64,000 bases of DNA from an uncultured Clostridia bacterium (GTDB taxonomy: Bacteria; Bacillota; Clostridia; TANB77; CAG-508), in the NCBI GenBank assembly GCA_949155365.1, contig CASCUT010000001.1:64515-128514 (forward strand), written 5' to 3'. Under the pieces are notes generated by a model, which worked only from the letters and a program-made list of their open reading frames with translations, ran no database searches and was not told the origin of the DNA. This document shows, in pieces, positions 41,644 through 52,394 of the stretch. Each line of letters starts with the position of its first letter. The stretch's first letter is position 1. A program made the position numbers and the translations under genes.

Positions 41644-41660
41644 CCATTGGGGACGTTTCC
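41644..41660. repeat. GGGAC-core element, subfamily C single copy
   Basis: CCATTGGGGACGTTTCC between the DUF1653-like ORF and ileS. Confidence 0.65.
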
Positions 41661-41768
41661 TTTTGGGTAATTTGTCCCTTTTGGTACTTTATATTTCTTT
41701 AGGGGTCGTTTTAGAAAGCTTCTTTCTATTTTCCCCTACTATTTACTTTGTTTTAATGAATTCATTTT

Positions 41769-42014
41769 TTAGTTTGCTACCCTTTTTATATTTTGTAATT
41801 CAAATTTATATTTTTGTGTTACCTTTGGATATTTTTCATGGTCTACTTCTGATAAAAATATTTCTTTGGGTCTTACCCATAACGCTCCATCTTCATATAG
41901 TTTTCTATATACTACTACTTCTTGTAATGTTTCTGAATCTTTTGCAATGTCTTCTACTAAGTAATAATCTCCTTTAAAATGTTTGTATATTCCTTTTATT
42001 TTTAGTTCTTGCAT
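41769..42014 (-). CDS. DUF1653-like small protein
   Basis: YKHFKGDYYLVEDIAKDSETLQEVVVYRKLYEDGALWVRPKEIF matches my recollection of the DUF1653 pattern. Confidence 0.55.
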   Translation of the reverse strand: MQELKIKGIYKHFKGDYYLVEDIAKDSETLQEVVVYRKLYEDGALWVRPKEIFLSEVDHEKYPKVTQKYKFELQNIKRVAN

Positions 42015-42083
42015 TCCACTTCACTCTCTTTTCTTTTTTAATATTTCTATCTTTCTTATCAAAACGTTCTCTCAATAGACATC

Positions 42084-42325
42084 AAAAAACTCTATTTCTT
42101 CCTAGCATTTAGGACGAAATAGAGTTGAAATTCCGTGGTACCACCTAATTTATAAATTGCACTTTTGTACAATTTATCTCTTATTTTCTTTAACGCAGAA
42201 CTACGTTTAGACTTACTTTTTGCGTTTTGTTCAGTCTAAAAACAACATCGGTGATAACAAATAAATTAGGTTCTACTAGAATTTCACCATACATCTAGCT
42301 CTCTAAAGACTTTCTTTATTTGTGT
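42084..42325 (-). promoter_or_regulatory. T-box riboswitch leader, probable Ile (AUC) specifier
   Basis: Minus strand has an AGAGA bulge and a distal-loop GGTGAAA. Candidate specifier is ATC followed by A, just before the GA-motif strand. It also has the T-box sequence AATTAGGTGGTACCACGGAA and the terminator AACTCTATTTCGTCC...GGAAGAAATAGAGTTTTTT. Confidence 0.8.
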
Positions 42326-42435
42326 TGTCCTTGTTTTTGTTTTTTCTATTCTGTGCAATATCTTATCATGTTTTTATCTAAAATGCAATACCTCTTTTTT
42401 ACTTTTGTTGCAAAATGTAGGTTAGGTTTTCGTTT

Positions 42436-43197
42436 CTACTTTCCAACAAACATTTGGACATATATTTTTCCATATTTTGAACCTTTAACTACTCCAATTC
42501 CAGTGTAATTAAAGCTACGGTTTAAAATATTTGCTTTATGACCTGAGGAATTCATCCATGCATTTACTGCTACTGTATTATTTGAATTTCCTGCGATGTT
42601 TTCTCCTGCTGTTTTGTAAGATATTTTAAAACGATTCAACATATCAAAAGGTGAACCATATGTTGGCGAAGTATGTGAAAAGTAATTGTTGTTTACCATA
42701 TCTTTTGCTTTTATTCTGGCTACATTTTGTACTTCCCAGTCAATTTTTAGAGCAGTTAATCCATTTTTAATTCGCTCATTATTAATTAAATTAAATACTT
42801 CTAATTCATCGGTTGTTAGTTTTGATGTGTTGGTATTTCCTGCATTTGATTCTCCACCAGATGAACTACCTCCACTACTATTCGGATAGATTGCTTTTAC
42901 ATAGTCTTTGCTAACCGCACCTACATAGTCTCCTTCTACTTGTACGATATACCAACTTCCCACCCCTGCAAATACTCGAATATATTCATTTTTGTTTACC
43001 TTTGCCACTATTGGATAATTGGTTCCTGGACCGCTTCTTACATTTAATACACTTGCCGTTACTAATCCTGTTGAAAAATCCACATTATAATAGTGTTGCA
43101 TACCAAAGGATGTTGTTAATTTGGTGACACTATATATAAATACAAACAATAGTAATATTTTTAGAATTGTACTTTTCTTTATTTTTATAACCTTCAT
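42436..43197 (-). CDS. secreted SH3b + CAP/SCP (YkwD-like) domain protein
   Basis: Signal anchor. SH3b (LNVRSGPGTNYPIVAKVNKNEYIRV). S/G linker. CAP motifs NNNYFSHTSP, GENIAGN, WMNSSGHKANIL. Confidence 0.75.
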   Translation of the reverse strand: MKVIKIKKSTILKILLLFVFIYSVTKLTTSFGMQHYYNVDFSTGLVTASVLNVRSGPGTNYPIVAKVNKNEYIRVFAGVGSWYIVQVEGDYVGAVSKDYVKAIYPNSSGGSSSGGESNAGNTNTSKLTTDELEVFNLINNERIKNGLTALKIDWEVQNVARIKAKDMVNNNYFSHTSPTYGSPFDMLNRFKISYKTAGENIAGNSNNTVAVNAWMNSSGHKANILNRSFNYTGIGVVKGSKYGKIYVQMFVGK

Positions 43198-43252
43198 ATA
43201 ACCTCCTAAACATCTTTATTAAAATTGTATGGTGTTTAGAATGTCCTTTATA

Positions 43253-43570
43253 CTAAAAATATGGATTTGTTCTTTTGTATTTTTCACATTCCAATCGTTC
43301 TATAAAAAGGGTTTCTAATTCTATTTTTTTTGAAATTAATTCTTCTTTTTCTTCTTTTTTTAAGTGTTTTATCGCATATTCTAATTTTGATGCATGGACT
43401 CTATCCTCTGTTATCCATAATGCTTCTAATTTTATTGCTTTATGATATTTGGTATATTTGGCACATTTTTCATTTTGTGTAAAGTGTTCTTGCATTCGTC
43501 TTTCTATCTTGGTTGTAATTCCAGTGTAAATAGAATTATCTTCACATCTTAACATATAAATATAGTACAT
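43253..43570 (-). CDS. GIY-YIG nuclease-family protein (UPF0213-like)
   Basis: MYYIYMLRCEDNSIYTGITTKIERRMQEH. Confidence 0.75.
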   Translation of the reverse strand: MYYIYMLRCEDNSIYTGITTKIERRMQEHFTQNEKCAKYTKYHKAIKLEALWITEDRVHASKLEYAIKHLKKEEKEELISKKIELETLFIERLECEKYKRTNPYF

Positions 43571-43575
43571 TTATC

Positions 43576-44508
43576 TCATCCCTTTTCTTTTCGTCTGATT
43601 CCATTCACTAAAGGGTTTAATTTTCTTGGCTTTACCTTATCTAATTTTATGATTGGAATTTCTTCTTTTTTTATGGTCTTAAATTTTGTTAGTTTTTCTT
43701 TTATGTTTTGGTGATTACTACTTTCTAATCGTTTCATTAGTTCTTCTTCATCTAGTAGGTATAACTCTTCATAAGATACAATCTTATTTTTTATTGCTTC
43801 TCTTGTAATGCTTGCTAGTAATTCCATCATATAGTTATCTTCATTCGAATGACAATAGACATCAATTTCTTCACTTGTTTTTAATACTAATTCTGCCATT
43901 TCTTTTGTAGTAAATCCTATTTCTTCTTTTCCTTCTTCATTAATAAATATTTGTATGTCTTTTATTACTTTTTCTATTTCTTCTATTGTTATATTTTTTA
44001 TCCAATATAGTCCTGTTAGAATAACCCCATCTAATCTGTCGGCACATAACTTTGGTCTATCATTGTCTACAATACTATATTTTTTAAAGTTGATAACTTC
44101 TTCTATTGCAATGTTGTCTTGTTTTAAACATTCTTTTAAATACGCATCCTTTTGTAAAATAGCTTCTGTGTATTCTTCTGTGCTTTCTTGATTTTCATAA
44201 TCTTTATTCATATAGTCAATAACATGAGAAAAGCATGGGGTTGCAATATCATGAAAAAGCCCTGCTAGAGTAGCTTTTTTATCTTTGGTATAATGCCAAG
44301 TTAGAAGGGCTACTGTTAAAGAGTGGTCATATCTTGTCACTTTTTCTTTAAATTGATAAATTTCTTTTGACGCATAGTCCATTCCACAAAAATAACATAT
44401 ATTTTGAAGCCTTTTTAGGCTTGGCATTTTTAAATATTTATCTAAAAACTCTGGTTTTAAATCATATCCTAGCAATTTAAAATATTGCGGTAATACTACA
44501 TTTTCCAT
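43576..44508 (-). CDS. HD-domain phosphohydrolase
   Basis: YDHSLTVALL...GLFHDIATPCFSH. Confidence 0.65.
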   Translation of the reverse strand: MENVVLPQYFKLLGYDLKPEFLDKYLKMPSLKRLQNICYFCGMDYASKEIYQFKEKVTRYDHSLTVALLTWHYTKDKKATLAGLFHDIATPCFSHVIDYMNKDYENQESTEEYTEAILQKDAYLKECLKQDNIAIEEVINFKKYSIVDNDRPKLCADRLDGVILTGLYWIKNITIEEIEKVIKDIQIFINEEGKEEIGFTTKEMAELVLKTSEEIDVYCHSNEDNYMMELLASITREAIKNKIVSYEELYLLDEEELMKRLESSNHQNIKEKLTKFKTIKKEEIPIIKLDKVKPRKLNPLVNGIRRKEKG

Positions 44509-44626
44509 ATTTTTATCCTTTCTTCTAGTTCTTCTTTTATTATCTTTTAAATTTTCTTTTAAGTCAATCGTTTTATTTATTTTCTTTATGCAAAAAAGAA
44601 CTGGCTTCCCAATTCTTTTTTCTTTT

Positions 44627-47218
44627 TTACTCTGTTCTTAATGCTATAACAGGGTCTTTTTTGCTCGCCATTTTAGATGGAATTAATCCTGCTATGATAG
44701 TTAAAACGACACTAATTACTACTAATGTTATTCCTGCTCCCAATGGTACTGCTGTTACCACTTTTACATTTGTTAAGGCATAGATAACCTGATTGATTGG
44801 AATGGTTAGAAGTATGGTAATGCCAATTCCAATTAATCCAGAAATTAGTCCAACAATTAATGTTTCTGCATTAAACACTCTTGAAATGTCTTTTTTGGAT
44901 GCTCCAATGGCTCTTAATATTCCAATTTCTTTCGTTCTTTCTAAAACAGAAATATAAGTAATAATTCCTATCATAATAGAGGATACAATAAGAGAAATAG
45001 CAACAAAGGCGATTAATACATAACTAATGGTATTGATAATTTGACTTACCGACTTCATCATAATTCCTACTACATCTGTGTAGTTAATTGTATTTTCTTC
45101 TTTTCCCTCTTCTTTTTGTTTTTGATTATAGGTTTCAATTGCTTCTGCTATTTTATCTTTTGCTTCAAAATCTTTTGGATAGATATTAATAGCAGATGGA
45201 CTTTCTAAGTCGATGGCTGATAATTTATCTAAGTTTTTCTCATAACTTGCATTTTTATTTTCTGTATAAGCATTCATTAATTCTGCAATTTGTTCACTAC
45301 TTAGTCTACTCATTGCCATTTTTTGTTCTGTGGATAAGGATTGATAGTCAAAGGTTCCTTCTTCTCCCTCTTTTGGAAAGGCTAAACCGGAAAAAACATT
45401 GATTTCTTCATTTTCTTTTTGTTCTTTTACAATGTCTGCCTGATTAGACTTATTTATTACATATTCTTTTAAGTCTTTTGTATAGCCTATCATACTAGAA
45501 GTTCCTTGTGCTACCGATTGTTCATTTTGCCTAATAATTCCTACTACTTTTACTTCTTCTGCTTCTTGCACTTTATTTCTCATAAATTCTTCCTCTTCTG
45601 ATTTATTAATCCAGATTCCGTTTTCTTTGGTATAGTAATCTGAATTTAATAGTAATTTATAAGATAACTGTAAAAGTTCTTCATAAGTATAGGAGGTTTC
45701 TTTTGATTTTTCTACCATTTCTCCTTTTTCAATTTTTTTCATATTTTCTTCTAATTCTTTTTGGTCTTTTAATCCTAAGCTATATAGGGTATAGTCACTA
45801 ATTTCATTATCTTTTCCTACGATTAATACTACTTCATTATACGCTTTTGGCCAATTACCTGCTAATAAATCGTAACTAGACTTTAGTAATTCTTGATTGT
45901 CTAATAATTCTGTCCAAACATCTGTGGTACTTACCATTCCAATTGACATCATAGAGGAATTGTTTCTTGCTGACATCATTTCTCCCATCCCCATGGCGTC
46001 CATTACTGTACTAGGATTTACTCTTACAATTGCTTCACTCGTATCTGGATGATATAAATTAACCTTTAAATTATATTCATATTGAATGGCATTGCTATTA
46101 TTTTTTATTTCATTGTCCGTATCTTCTATATATTTTTTTAATTCTTTTAAATTATTTGTTTCTACTTTACTCGATATGGTAGACATCATTTGATCCATAA
46201 TATCAGAAGAATATACTTTTCCTTCTTCCCTTTCTGTCTCTGGATCAATATCTCCCATCATACTTTCTATCATACTTCCCATATCAATGGTTGCTTCTTC
46301 TATGGTAATTGGGTAAGAAGATAATGTTTCTTCTTCTACTCGACTAATGTAGTTTTGTACTCCTGTAGAGATTGCTAATATTAATGCAATTCCAATAATA
46401 CCAATACTTCCTGCAAAAGAAGTTAAAATTGTTCTTCCTTTTTTTGTCATTAGGTTGTTTAAACTTAAGCGTAAGGCGGTAAAAAATTTCATGGATGTTC
46501 TTTTAAACTTTCCTTCTTCTTGTTTCTCCTTTGTTTTTTCTTGGATTGGATTAGAATCATCGATAATTTTTCCGTCTAATATTTTGATAATTCTGCTAGA
46601 ATATTGTTCTGCAAGTTCTGGATTATGAGTTACCATGATAATTAATTTATCTTTTGAAATTTCTTTTAAAATTTCCATTATTTGTATACTTGTCTTGGTA
46701 TCTAAGGCACCAGTTGGTTCATCTGCTAAAATAATATCTGGGTTGTTGACTAATGCTCTTGCAATAGCAACTCTTTGCATTTGCCCTCCTGATAACTGGT
46801 TTGGCTTTTTATGAATTTGGTCTTTTAATCCCACCTCTTCTAATGCCTTAATTGCTCTTTGTTTTCTTTCTTTTTTCGAAACTCCTGAAATAGTTAAAGC
46901 AAGTTCTACATTGGACAATACACTTTGATGACCAATTAAATGATAACTCTGAAATACAAACCCAACCTTATAATTACGGTAAGCATCCCAATCTCGATCT
47001 TTAAATTCCTTTGTAGATTTTCCATTAATAATTAAATCTCCAGATGTATAGCGGTCTAGTCCTCCTATGATATTTAGAAGTGTAGTTTTTCCGCATCCAC
47101 TTTGTCCTAGTATCGATACAAATTCCGATTCTCTAAATGAAATATCTACCCCTTTTAAAGCTTCGACTTTTTCTTCTCCACTTACATATGTTTTAGTAAT
47201 CTTTTTTAATTCTAGCAT
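44627..47218 (-). CDS. fused ABC transporter ATP-binding / FtsX-type permease protein (MacB-like)
   Basis: Walker [10 protein letters not shown], signature LSGGQMQR, Walker [12 protein letters not shown]. Large extracytoplasmic domain and C-terminal FtsX-like TM bundle. Confidence 0.85.
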   Translation of the reverse strand: MLELKKITKTYVSGEEKVEALKGVDISFRESEFVSILGQSGCGKTTLLNIIGGLDRYTSGDLIINGKSTKEFKDRDWDAYRNYKVGFVFQSYHLIGHQSVLSNVELALTISGVSKKERKQRAIKALEEVGLKDQIHKKPNQLSGGQMQRVAIARALVNNPDIILADEPTGALDTKTSIQIMEILKEISKDKLIIMVTHNPELAEQYSSRIIKILDGKIIDDSNPIQEKTKEKQEEGKFKRTSMKFFTALRLSLNNLMTKKGRTILTSFAGSIGIIGIALILAISTGVQNYISRVEEETLSSYPITIEEATIDMGSMIESMMGDIDPETEREEGKVYSSDIMDQMMSTISSKVETNNLKELKKYIEDTDNEIKNNSNAIQYEYNLKVNLYHPDTSEAIVRVNPSTVMDAMGMGEMMSARNNSSMMSIGMVSTTDVWTELLDNQELLKSSYDLLAGNWPKAYNEVVLIVGKDNEISDYTLYSLGLKDQKELEENMKKIEKGEMVEKSKETSYTYEELLQLSYKLLLNSDYYTKENGIWINKSEEEEFMRNKVQEAEEVKVVGIIRQNEQSVAQGTSSMIGYTKDLKEYVINKSNQADIVKEQKENEEINVFSGLAFPKEGEEGTFDYQSLSTEQKMAMSRLSSEQIAELMNAYTENKNASYEKNLDKLSAIDLESPSAINIYPKDFEAKDKIAEAIETYNQKQKEEGKEENTINYTDVVGIMMKSVSQIINTISYVLIAFVAISLIVSSIMIGIITYISVLERTKEIGILRAIGASKKDISRVFNAETLIVGLISGLIGIGITILLTIPINQVIYALTNVKVVTAVPLGAGITLVVISVVLTIIAGLIPSKMASKKDPVIALRTE

Positions 47219-47374
47219 TCTGCATTTCCTTCTTTCTTGTTTTTCTTTTTCATTCTTATGAATTTTTCTAAAAAATATCTATTTATTTTACTATTAAAAT
47301 ATGTTTATTTCGTGAATTTTCTATTATTTTTTCTAATCATACAAAAAGTCACTACTCTTGTGACTTTTGTAACA

Positions 47375-48106
47375 TTATACATAAAATTGATATCCATCCT
47401 CTACTACTAAAATATTTGCATTTTCTTCTTTTTGCAACGTTTCTCTAGTCTTATCTCGCATATGTGTTGCAATAATTGGTTTTTTATACTTTTGTGTAAG
47501 ATATTTTATGTTATTCATTCCCATATGACAGTTATCTCCTTTGATAAGAGAAGTATCTGCTATTGTAATTTTACTATTCTCTACTATTTTCTCTACATTA
47601 TCACATAATTTACTATCTCCTGTACATCCTACACTTTGATTGATAACATAACCATATGCTGGTTTTTCTTCCCCATGTGATACTTGCCATGCTTGTACTT
47701 CGTAATTATGTACTTCTATTTCCTGTTCTTCTTGTTCTAATTCAATATATTTTATCTTCATTCCCTCTTGAATTTCTTCTCTACTTTCAAAACTATATGC
47801 CTCAAATAATTGTATCACTTTTTCTTCTATTCCTTTTGGACCTATTATAGTAATTTCATCTTTGCTGTTTGTCATATCATATAAATAAGCTTGTACGTAT
47901 TTTAAAAAGAATGGTAAATCTGCCATATGGTCTCCATGTTTATGTGTAATTAAAATAGTTCTTATCTTTTCTGGTTGATACTGATTTCTTAATAATTGTT
48001 TTAATGTTCCATTTGGCATATCAACCATTAACTCTTCGTCTATTAATGTACATGCACTATGATATTTGGTATAAATAGCACCTGTTCCGATTACTTCTAC
48101 TTTCAC
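47375..48106 (-). CDS. MBL-fold metallo-hydrolase
   Basis: ILITHKHGDHMADL (HxHxDH). Confidence 0.7.
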   Translation of the reverse strand: MKVEVIGTGAIYTKYHSACTLIDEELMVDMPNGTLKQLLRNQYQPEKIRTILITHKHGDHMADLPFFLKYVQAYLYDMTNSKDEITIIGPKGIEEKVIQLFEAYSFESREEIQEGMKIKYIELEQEEQEIEVHNYEVQAWQVSHGEEKPAYGYVINQSVGCTGDSKLCDNVEKIVENSKITIADTSLIKGDNCHMGMNNIKYLTQKYKKPIIATHMRDKTRETLQKEENANILVVEDGYQFYV

Positions 48107-48263
48107 TTTTTATCCCTCTTTTCTTTCTTATTCGCTTTATTCTACCATTATCCTTTTTGTCTTGCAATAATTTTTCTCAATTTTTAAGCAAATTTGAAGG
48201 AAGGAAAGATTAGATGCTCAATAAAAGTGAAACAAAAAAAGAGCGTGTCAAGCGCTCTTTTTT

Positions 48264-50474
48264 CTATTTCACTTTTATTCTTCTTAATCTTAGTGCATTT
48301 AAAATTACCGTAAAACTACTTATCACCATTGCCATACTTGCTATCATTGGATTAATCTCTATCCCCATTGGTTTTAAAAATCCTATTGCTATTGGAATCA
48401 TTAAGACATTATAGAAAAATGCCCAAAATAAATTCTGTTTAATGTTTCGTATTGTCTTTTTGCTAATATGAATTAAATTAATAATACAATATAAATCATT
48501 CCTTGTTAAAATAACATCCGAAGAATCCATCGCAATATCCGTTCCACTATTTACGCTTACCCCTATATCTGCCCCAGCCAAAGCAGGACTATCATTAATT
48601 CCGTCACCACACATCATCACAAATTTGTTTTCTTTTTTTAATCTTTCAATAACTTTTACCTTTTCTGCTGGTACTACATTGGCAATTACATTGTTAATTC
48701 CAATTTCCTTCGCTATTTTTTCTGCAGATTGCTTGTTATCTCCTGTTAGCATAATGGTTTCTATCTTGTTTTTGTTTAGTATCTCAATCACTTCTTTTGC
48801 ATTTTCTCTGATTTTATCATTTACGCCAATTAGTGCTATTACTTTTTGATTCGCAACAACATATACAATACTATTTCCTTGTTTTGATAAGTTTTTTTCT
48901 TCTTCCTCATATGGATTTTCTATCTCATATTTAGCAAGCATTTTTGCATTTCCTAATAAAATTTCTATTTCTTCTATCTTTCCCTTTACTCCATAACCAC
49001 TTATTTCTTTATAATCTTCTACTGGCAATAGCGGTATTTGACGTTCTTCTAACTCATTCACAAATGCTTTGGCAATTGGATGTGTTCCTTGTTTCTCAAT
49101 ACTACCTACTAATTGTAATAACTTTGTCTCCTCTTGTTCCTCCTTTTTTATAATATGAGCAATTTTTAAGGTTCCATAAGTTAAAGTTCCTGTTTTATCA
49201 AATACCATTGTGTTTATTTTTTGTGCATTTTCTAGAATTTCACTTTTCTTTACCAAAATTCCATTTTCTGCACATAACCCTTCACTTACCACAATAGCAA
49301 GTGGAGTAGCTAACCCTAAGCTACAAGGACAAGCTACTACTAAAACGCTTACTAGTACATTCATTGCGGTTGCTATTGAATGCCCTAATAGTAGATAGCC
49401 TAAGAAAGCTACTATTGCAATTAGTATTACAATTGGGACAAAATAGCCACTTACCGTATCTGCTATTTTAGCAATTGGTGCTTTGGTATTACTTGCTTCC
49501 ATTACTAATTTTACAATTTCGGATATCGTGGATTCTTTTCCAATACGTTCTGCCTTATATTCCAAATAGCCATCATAATTGATGCTTCCAGCTAATACTT
49601 TTTCTCCCACTTTTTTCGAAACAGGTTTACTTTCTCCTGTTAAAAAAGATTCATCCAAATGTGCTTTTCCTAATACAATCTCTCCATCTACCGCTATTTT
49701 CTCTCCTGCTCTACTAATTAAAATATCTTCTTTTTGTATCTCATCTAAAGTTACTTTTCTTTCTTTTCCATCTTTTTTAATCGTTGCTTCACTTGGTGTT
49801 ATTTTAACCAATTTTTGCAATGCCTCTTTCGTTTTGTCTTTACTAATTCCATCGATATACCTTCCTAGTTTTAAAAAGAAAATGATAATGGCAGATGATT
49901 CAAAATATAAGTTTTCTACATAACTTACCTCTCCTTTCATTATTCGAACCATACTATAAATGCTATAACCCAAACCACTTAGTACACCAATACTTACTAA
50001 TGTATCCATGTTAGGTGTTTTATGGATTAGGTTCTTGTAACCATTTTTTAAAATGTCAAATCCATATAGAACAAAAGAACTAGTTAGCAAAAACAATACC
50101 ATTGTATAAGGAATTGGATTTTTATGCATATCTAATATATGCCATATTGGAAGTCCTACCATATGTCCCATTGAAATATACATTAGCAAAACAGCAAGAC
50201 CTAAGAAAATAAAAAATTTCACTTTTTCCTTTTTACTTTTTTCTTCTATCTTAATTTCTTTAAATAACCCTTTACTCTCAAATCCCGCTTCTTTTATAAA
50301 TTCTTCTATTTGCTTTTGTTCCAAAATCGTTTCATCATATTCCACACTTGCATTTGCCATTACCAAATTAACACTTACTGTCTGAATTCCTTTTTGTTTC
50401 TTCAAATATCGTTCCAATCCATTCGAACATGCACTGCAAGTCATTCCTTCAATCTCTAATATTATTTTCTTCAT
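48264..50474 (-). CDS. copA: copper-translocating P1B-type ATPase
   Basis: HMA domain GMTCSAC, CPC in TM6, DKTGTLT, GDGINDSPAL. Confidence 0.9.
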   Translation of the reverse strand: MKKIILEIEGMTCSACSNGLERYLKKQKGIQTVSVNLVMANASVEYDETILEQKQIEEFIKEAGFESKGLFKEIKIEEKSKKEKVKFFIFLGLAVLLMYISMGHMVGLPIWHILDMHKNPIPYTMVLFLLTSSFVLYGFDILKNGYKNLIHKTPNMDTLVSIGVLSGLGYSIYSMVRIMKGEVSYVENLYFESSAIIIFFLKLGRYIDGISKDKTKEALQKLVKITPSEATIKKDGKERKVTLDEIQKEDILISRAGEKIAVDGEIVLGKAHLDESFLTGESKPVSKKVGEKVLAGSINYDGYLEYKAERIGKESTISEIVKLVMEASNTKAPIAKIADTVSGYFVPIVILIAIVAFLGYLLLGHSIATAMNVLVSVLVVACPCSLGLATPLAIVVSEGLCAENGILVKKSEILENAQKINTMVFDKTGTLTYGTLKIAHIIKKEEQEETKLLQLVGSIEKQGTHPIAKAFVNELEERQIPLLPVEDYKEISGYGVKGKIEEIEILLGNAKMLAKYEIENPYEEEEKNLSKQGNSIVYVVANQKVIALIGVNDKIRENAKEVIEILNKNKIETIMLTGDNKQSAEKIAKEIGINNVIANVVPAEKVKVIERLKKENKFVMMCGDGINDSPALAGADIGVSVNSGTDIAMDSSDVILTRNDLYCIINLIHISKKTIRNIKQNLFWAFFYNVLMIPIAIGFLKPMGIEINPMIASMAMVISSFTVILNALRLRRIKVK

Positions 50475-50569
50475 ACATTATTAGATGCTTTTTTTGCTTT
50501 TCCTAACATGCTAGAAAAACATCTTTCCTCCTTTTTCTTGTTTCTTTCTTATATCATAAATTTTTAAAT

Positions 50570-50600
50570 AAAAAGCACCTTGAAATAAAGGTGCCTTTTC
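50570..50600 (-). terminator. rho-independent terminator after copZ
   Basis: Minus strand AAGGCACCTTTATTTCAAGGTGCTTTTT. Confidence 0.55.
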
Positions 50601-50658
50601 CTTAAAATCCATCCATTATCTTTCCTATCTCTGCACATACAACAATAAAATGAAGTGT

Positions 50659-50859
50659 TTATCTTACCTTAAATCCAATATTTTCTATTTTCTCTGTTAT
50701 CTTCTCTAGATTAATTTCATTTGCTGTTATTTTAACAGTCCCTTCTTTATAATTTGCTACTACATTTTCGATTCCTTGCATATTTTTAATTGCATTTTGA
50801 ATTCTATTTTCGCAACCTTCGCATGCCATTCCTTCCACTTTCAAAATAATCTCATTCAT
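50659..50859 (-). CDS. copZ: copper chaperone CopZ (HMA domain)
   Basis: 66 aa, GMACEGC metal-binding motif. Confidence 0.85.
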   Translation of the reverse strand: MNEIILKVEGMACEGCENRIQNAIKNMQGIENVVANYKEGTVKITANEINLEKITEKIENIGFKVR

Positions 50860-50875
50860 CTTTACTCCTCCTTTT

Positions 50876-51292
50876 TTATTTTTCGATAAAATCCATCAAT
50901 GTATTACTAAATTGTGGTCCTTGTTTTTTCAAATTAATTGGCTTTAAATCTTGATTCGTAAAACAGTGTTTTGTTTCTGCTATAATAACTGTATTACCTG
51001 TTTTTTTATCTATCACATCATAACCAACTGTCATCCTAACACCTGTATATTCTGTTATCAAAACACGAATTTGTAAAACATCTCCAAATGTAACATGATG
51101 TTTATACTGACAGTTTACCCCAAGAACAGGGATAGTTATTCCATGTTCTTCTAACATTTCAAATGGCATTCCAATTTGTTCCATCCAAAAGCATCTAGCT
51201 TCTTCTAAATATCTGATATAATTAGAATGATGTACCACTCCCATTCTATCTGTCTCATAATAGTTAATCTTTCTTTCAAATATTAAATCCAT
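50876..51292 (-). CDS. acyl-CoA thioesterase, 4HBT/YbgC family
   Basis: INYYETDRMGVVHHSNYIRYLEEAR hot-dog fold signature. Confidence 0.7.
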   Translation of the reverse strand: MDLIFERKINYYETDRMGVVHHSNYIRYLEEARCFWMEQIGMPFEMLEEHGITIPVLGVNCQYKHHVTFGDVLQIRVLITEYTGVRMTVGYDVIDKKTGNTVIIAETKHCFTNQDLKPINLKKQGPQFSNTLMDFIEK

Positions 51293-51307
51293 TTTTTCTC
51301 TCCTTCT

Positions 51308-51616
51308 TTATTTATTAAATTTTTTAAATAAACTAATTAACTCATCAATAATTTCAAAATTTCCTTTTTCCAAATCATTGGATACGCAGCTATATAGATG
51401 ATTTTCTAGTATATGGTTAGATAGACTTTTCACCGAATTTTCTACTGCTGATAACTGTATCAAAATATCATTGCAATACTTATCTTCTTCCACCATTTTC
51501 TTAATTCCTTTCACTTGCCCTTCCATTCTACTTAATCGATTTATAATACGTCTTTTTTCTTCACTATCTCGATATGTCTTTTTCTCACAACAATTCTTTT
51601 CTTTCATTTTTATCAC
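51308..51616 (-). CDS. csoR: CsoR-family copper-sensing repressor
   Basis: RLSRMEGQVKGIKKMVEEDKYCNDILIQLSAVENS...H..C, the typical CsoR/DUF156 pattern. Confidence 0.85.
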   Translation of the reverse strand: MIKMKEKNCCEKKTYRDSEEKRRIINRLSRMEGQVKGIKKMVEEDKYCNDILIQLSAVENSVKSLSNHILENHLYSCVSNDLEKGNFEIIDELISLFKKFNK

Positions 51617-51628
51617 CTATGCTATTAT

Positions 51629-51664
51629 ATACCCTACCATGGTATTTTGTAAATATGGGGGTAT
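51629..51664 (-). promoter_or_regulatory. candidate CsoR operator overlapping a TATAAT box
   Basis: Minus strand ATACCCCCATAT...ATACCATGGTAGGGTAT directly followed by ATAAT. The ATACC/GGTAT pseudo-palindrome with a G/C tract resembles known CsoR operators (recalled, not checked). Confidence 0.45.
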
Positions 51665-51735
51665 TTGTTTTTCTTGCTGAATTTTAATACTTTTTATTCT
51701 GTATACTTTTTCCAAAATTCGTTCATACTATTTTT

Positions 51736-51763
51736 AAATTTTAGGGACGGGCCTAAAAATTTA
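51736..51763. repeat. GGGAC-core element, subfamily A, left arm plus conserved spacer only
   Basis: AAATTTTAGGGACGGGCCTAAAAATTTA. The following approximately 35 nt resemble the spacer of the 52258-52351 copy. The right arm is absent. Confidence 0.75.
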
Positions 51764-51825
51764 TAAAATGTGAAATTTTTTTGATCATTATCTACATTTA
51801 GAAAAAAAGAAGGAGGAAATAAGAA

Positions 51826-52260
51826 ATGGAAAATCAAAACTTAAATATTTTAGACGAGGTTAATAAAGGAGCTACTATGGGAATGGATGCTATCTCATTT
51901 GTTTCTGAGAAAGTAACGGATAATACTTTCAAAGAAGTATTAGATACAGAATATAACAAATACGAGAAAATTTCTGAAAGAGTAAATGAAATCTATGAGA
52001 ATTATAGCTCCAAGGAACCACATGAAACCACACCAATGAATAAAGCAATGACCTGGTATGGAATCCAAATGCGAACAATGACAGATGACAGTACTTCCAA
52101 ATTATCTGAATTATTAATGCAAGGAACCAATATGGGAATTATCGAAGGAAGACGTCTTCTAAACCAAAACCCTCATGCTGCCCATGATGTCAAATCTATT
52201 TTAAACGATTTTGTGGTAATGCAAGAAGATAGTGTTGAAACGTTAAAGAAATATCTATAA
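51826..52260 (+). CDS. hypothetical helical protein
   Basis: 144 aa, GGAGG RBS, no motif I can name with confidence. The stop codon lies inside the downstream repeat arm. Confidence 0.4.
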   Translation: MENQNLNILDEVNKGATMGMDAISFVSEKVTDNTFKEVLDTEYNKYEKISERVNEIYENYSSKEPHETTPMNKAMTWYGIQMRTMTDDSTSKLSELLMQGTNMGIIEGRRLLNQNPHAAHDVKSILNDFVVMQEDSVETLKKYL

Positions 52261-52351
52261 ATTTTAGGGACGGGTCTAAAAATTTACAAGATGTGGAAAT
52301 ATTTTTGAATTTATCCACATTTAATAAATTTTTAGACCCGTTCCTAAAATT
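52258..52351. repeat. GGGAC-core element, subfamily A inverted-repeat pair
   Basis: TAAATTTTAGGGACGGGTCTAAAAATTTA and TAAATTTTTAGACCCGTTCCTAAAATT (one mismatch), 37-nt spacer with an inner hairpin ATGTGGA...TCCACAT. Confidence 0.85.
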
Positions 52352-52384
52352 AAAAAACCCGAGTGCCTATATAAGACACTCGGG
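52352..52384 (-). terminator. rho-independent terminator of 52395-54176
   Basis: Minus strand CCCGAGTG-loop-CACTCGGG followed by TTTTTT. Confidence 0.75.
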
Positions 52385-52394
52385 TTGGATAGAT

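Noticed and set aside
41615-41647. N-terminal extensions in the ORF track (ileS 41615-41647, rnr 60453-60482, 36899-38359 ORF start, 11419 TTG start, 22683-22745, 54177-54200, 60912-61004)
   Set aside because: The extensions run through repeat elements or promoters and lack RBSs. Internal ATGs with canonical AGGAGG-type RBSs match the conserved N-termini.
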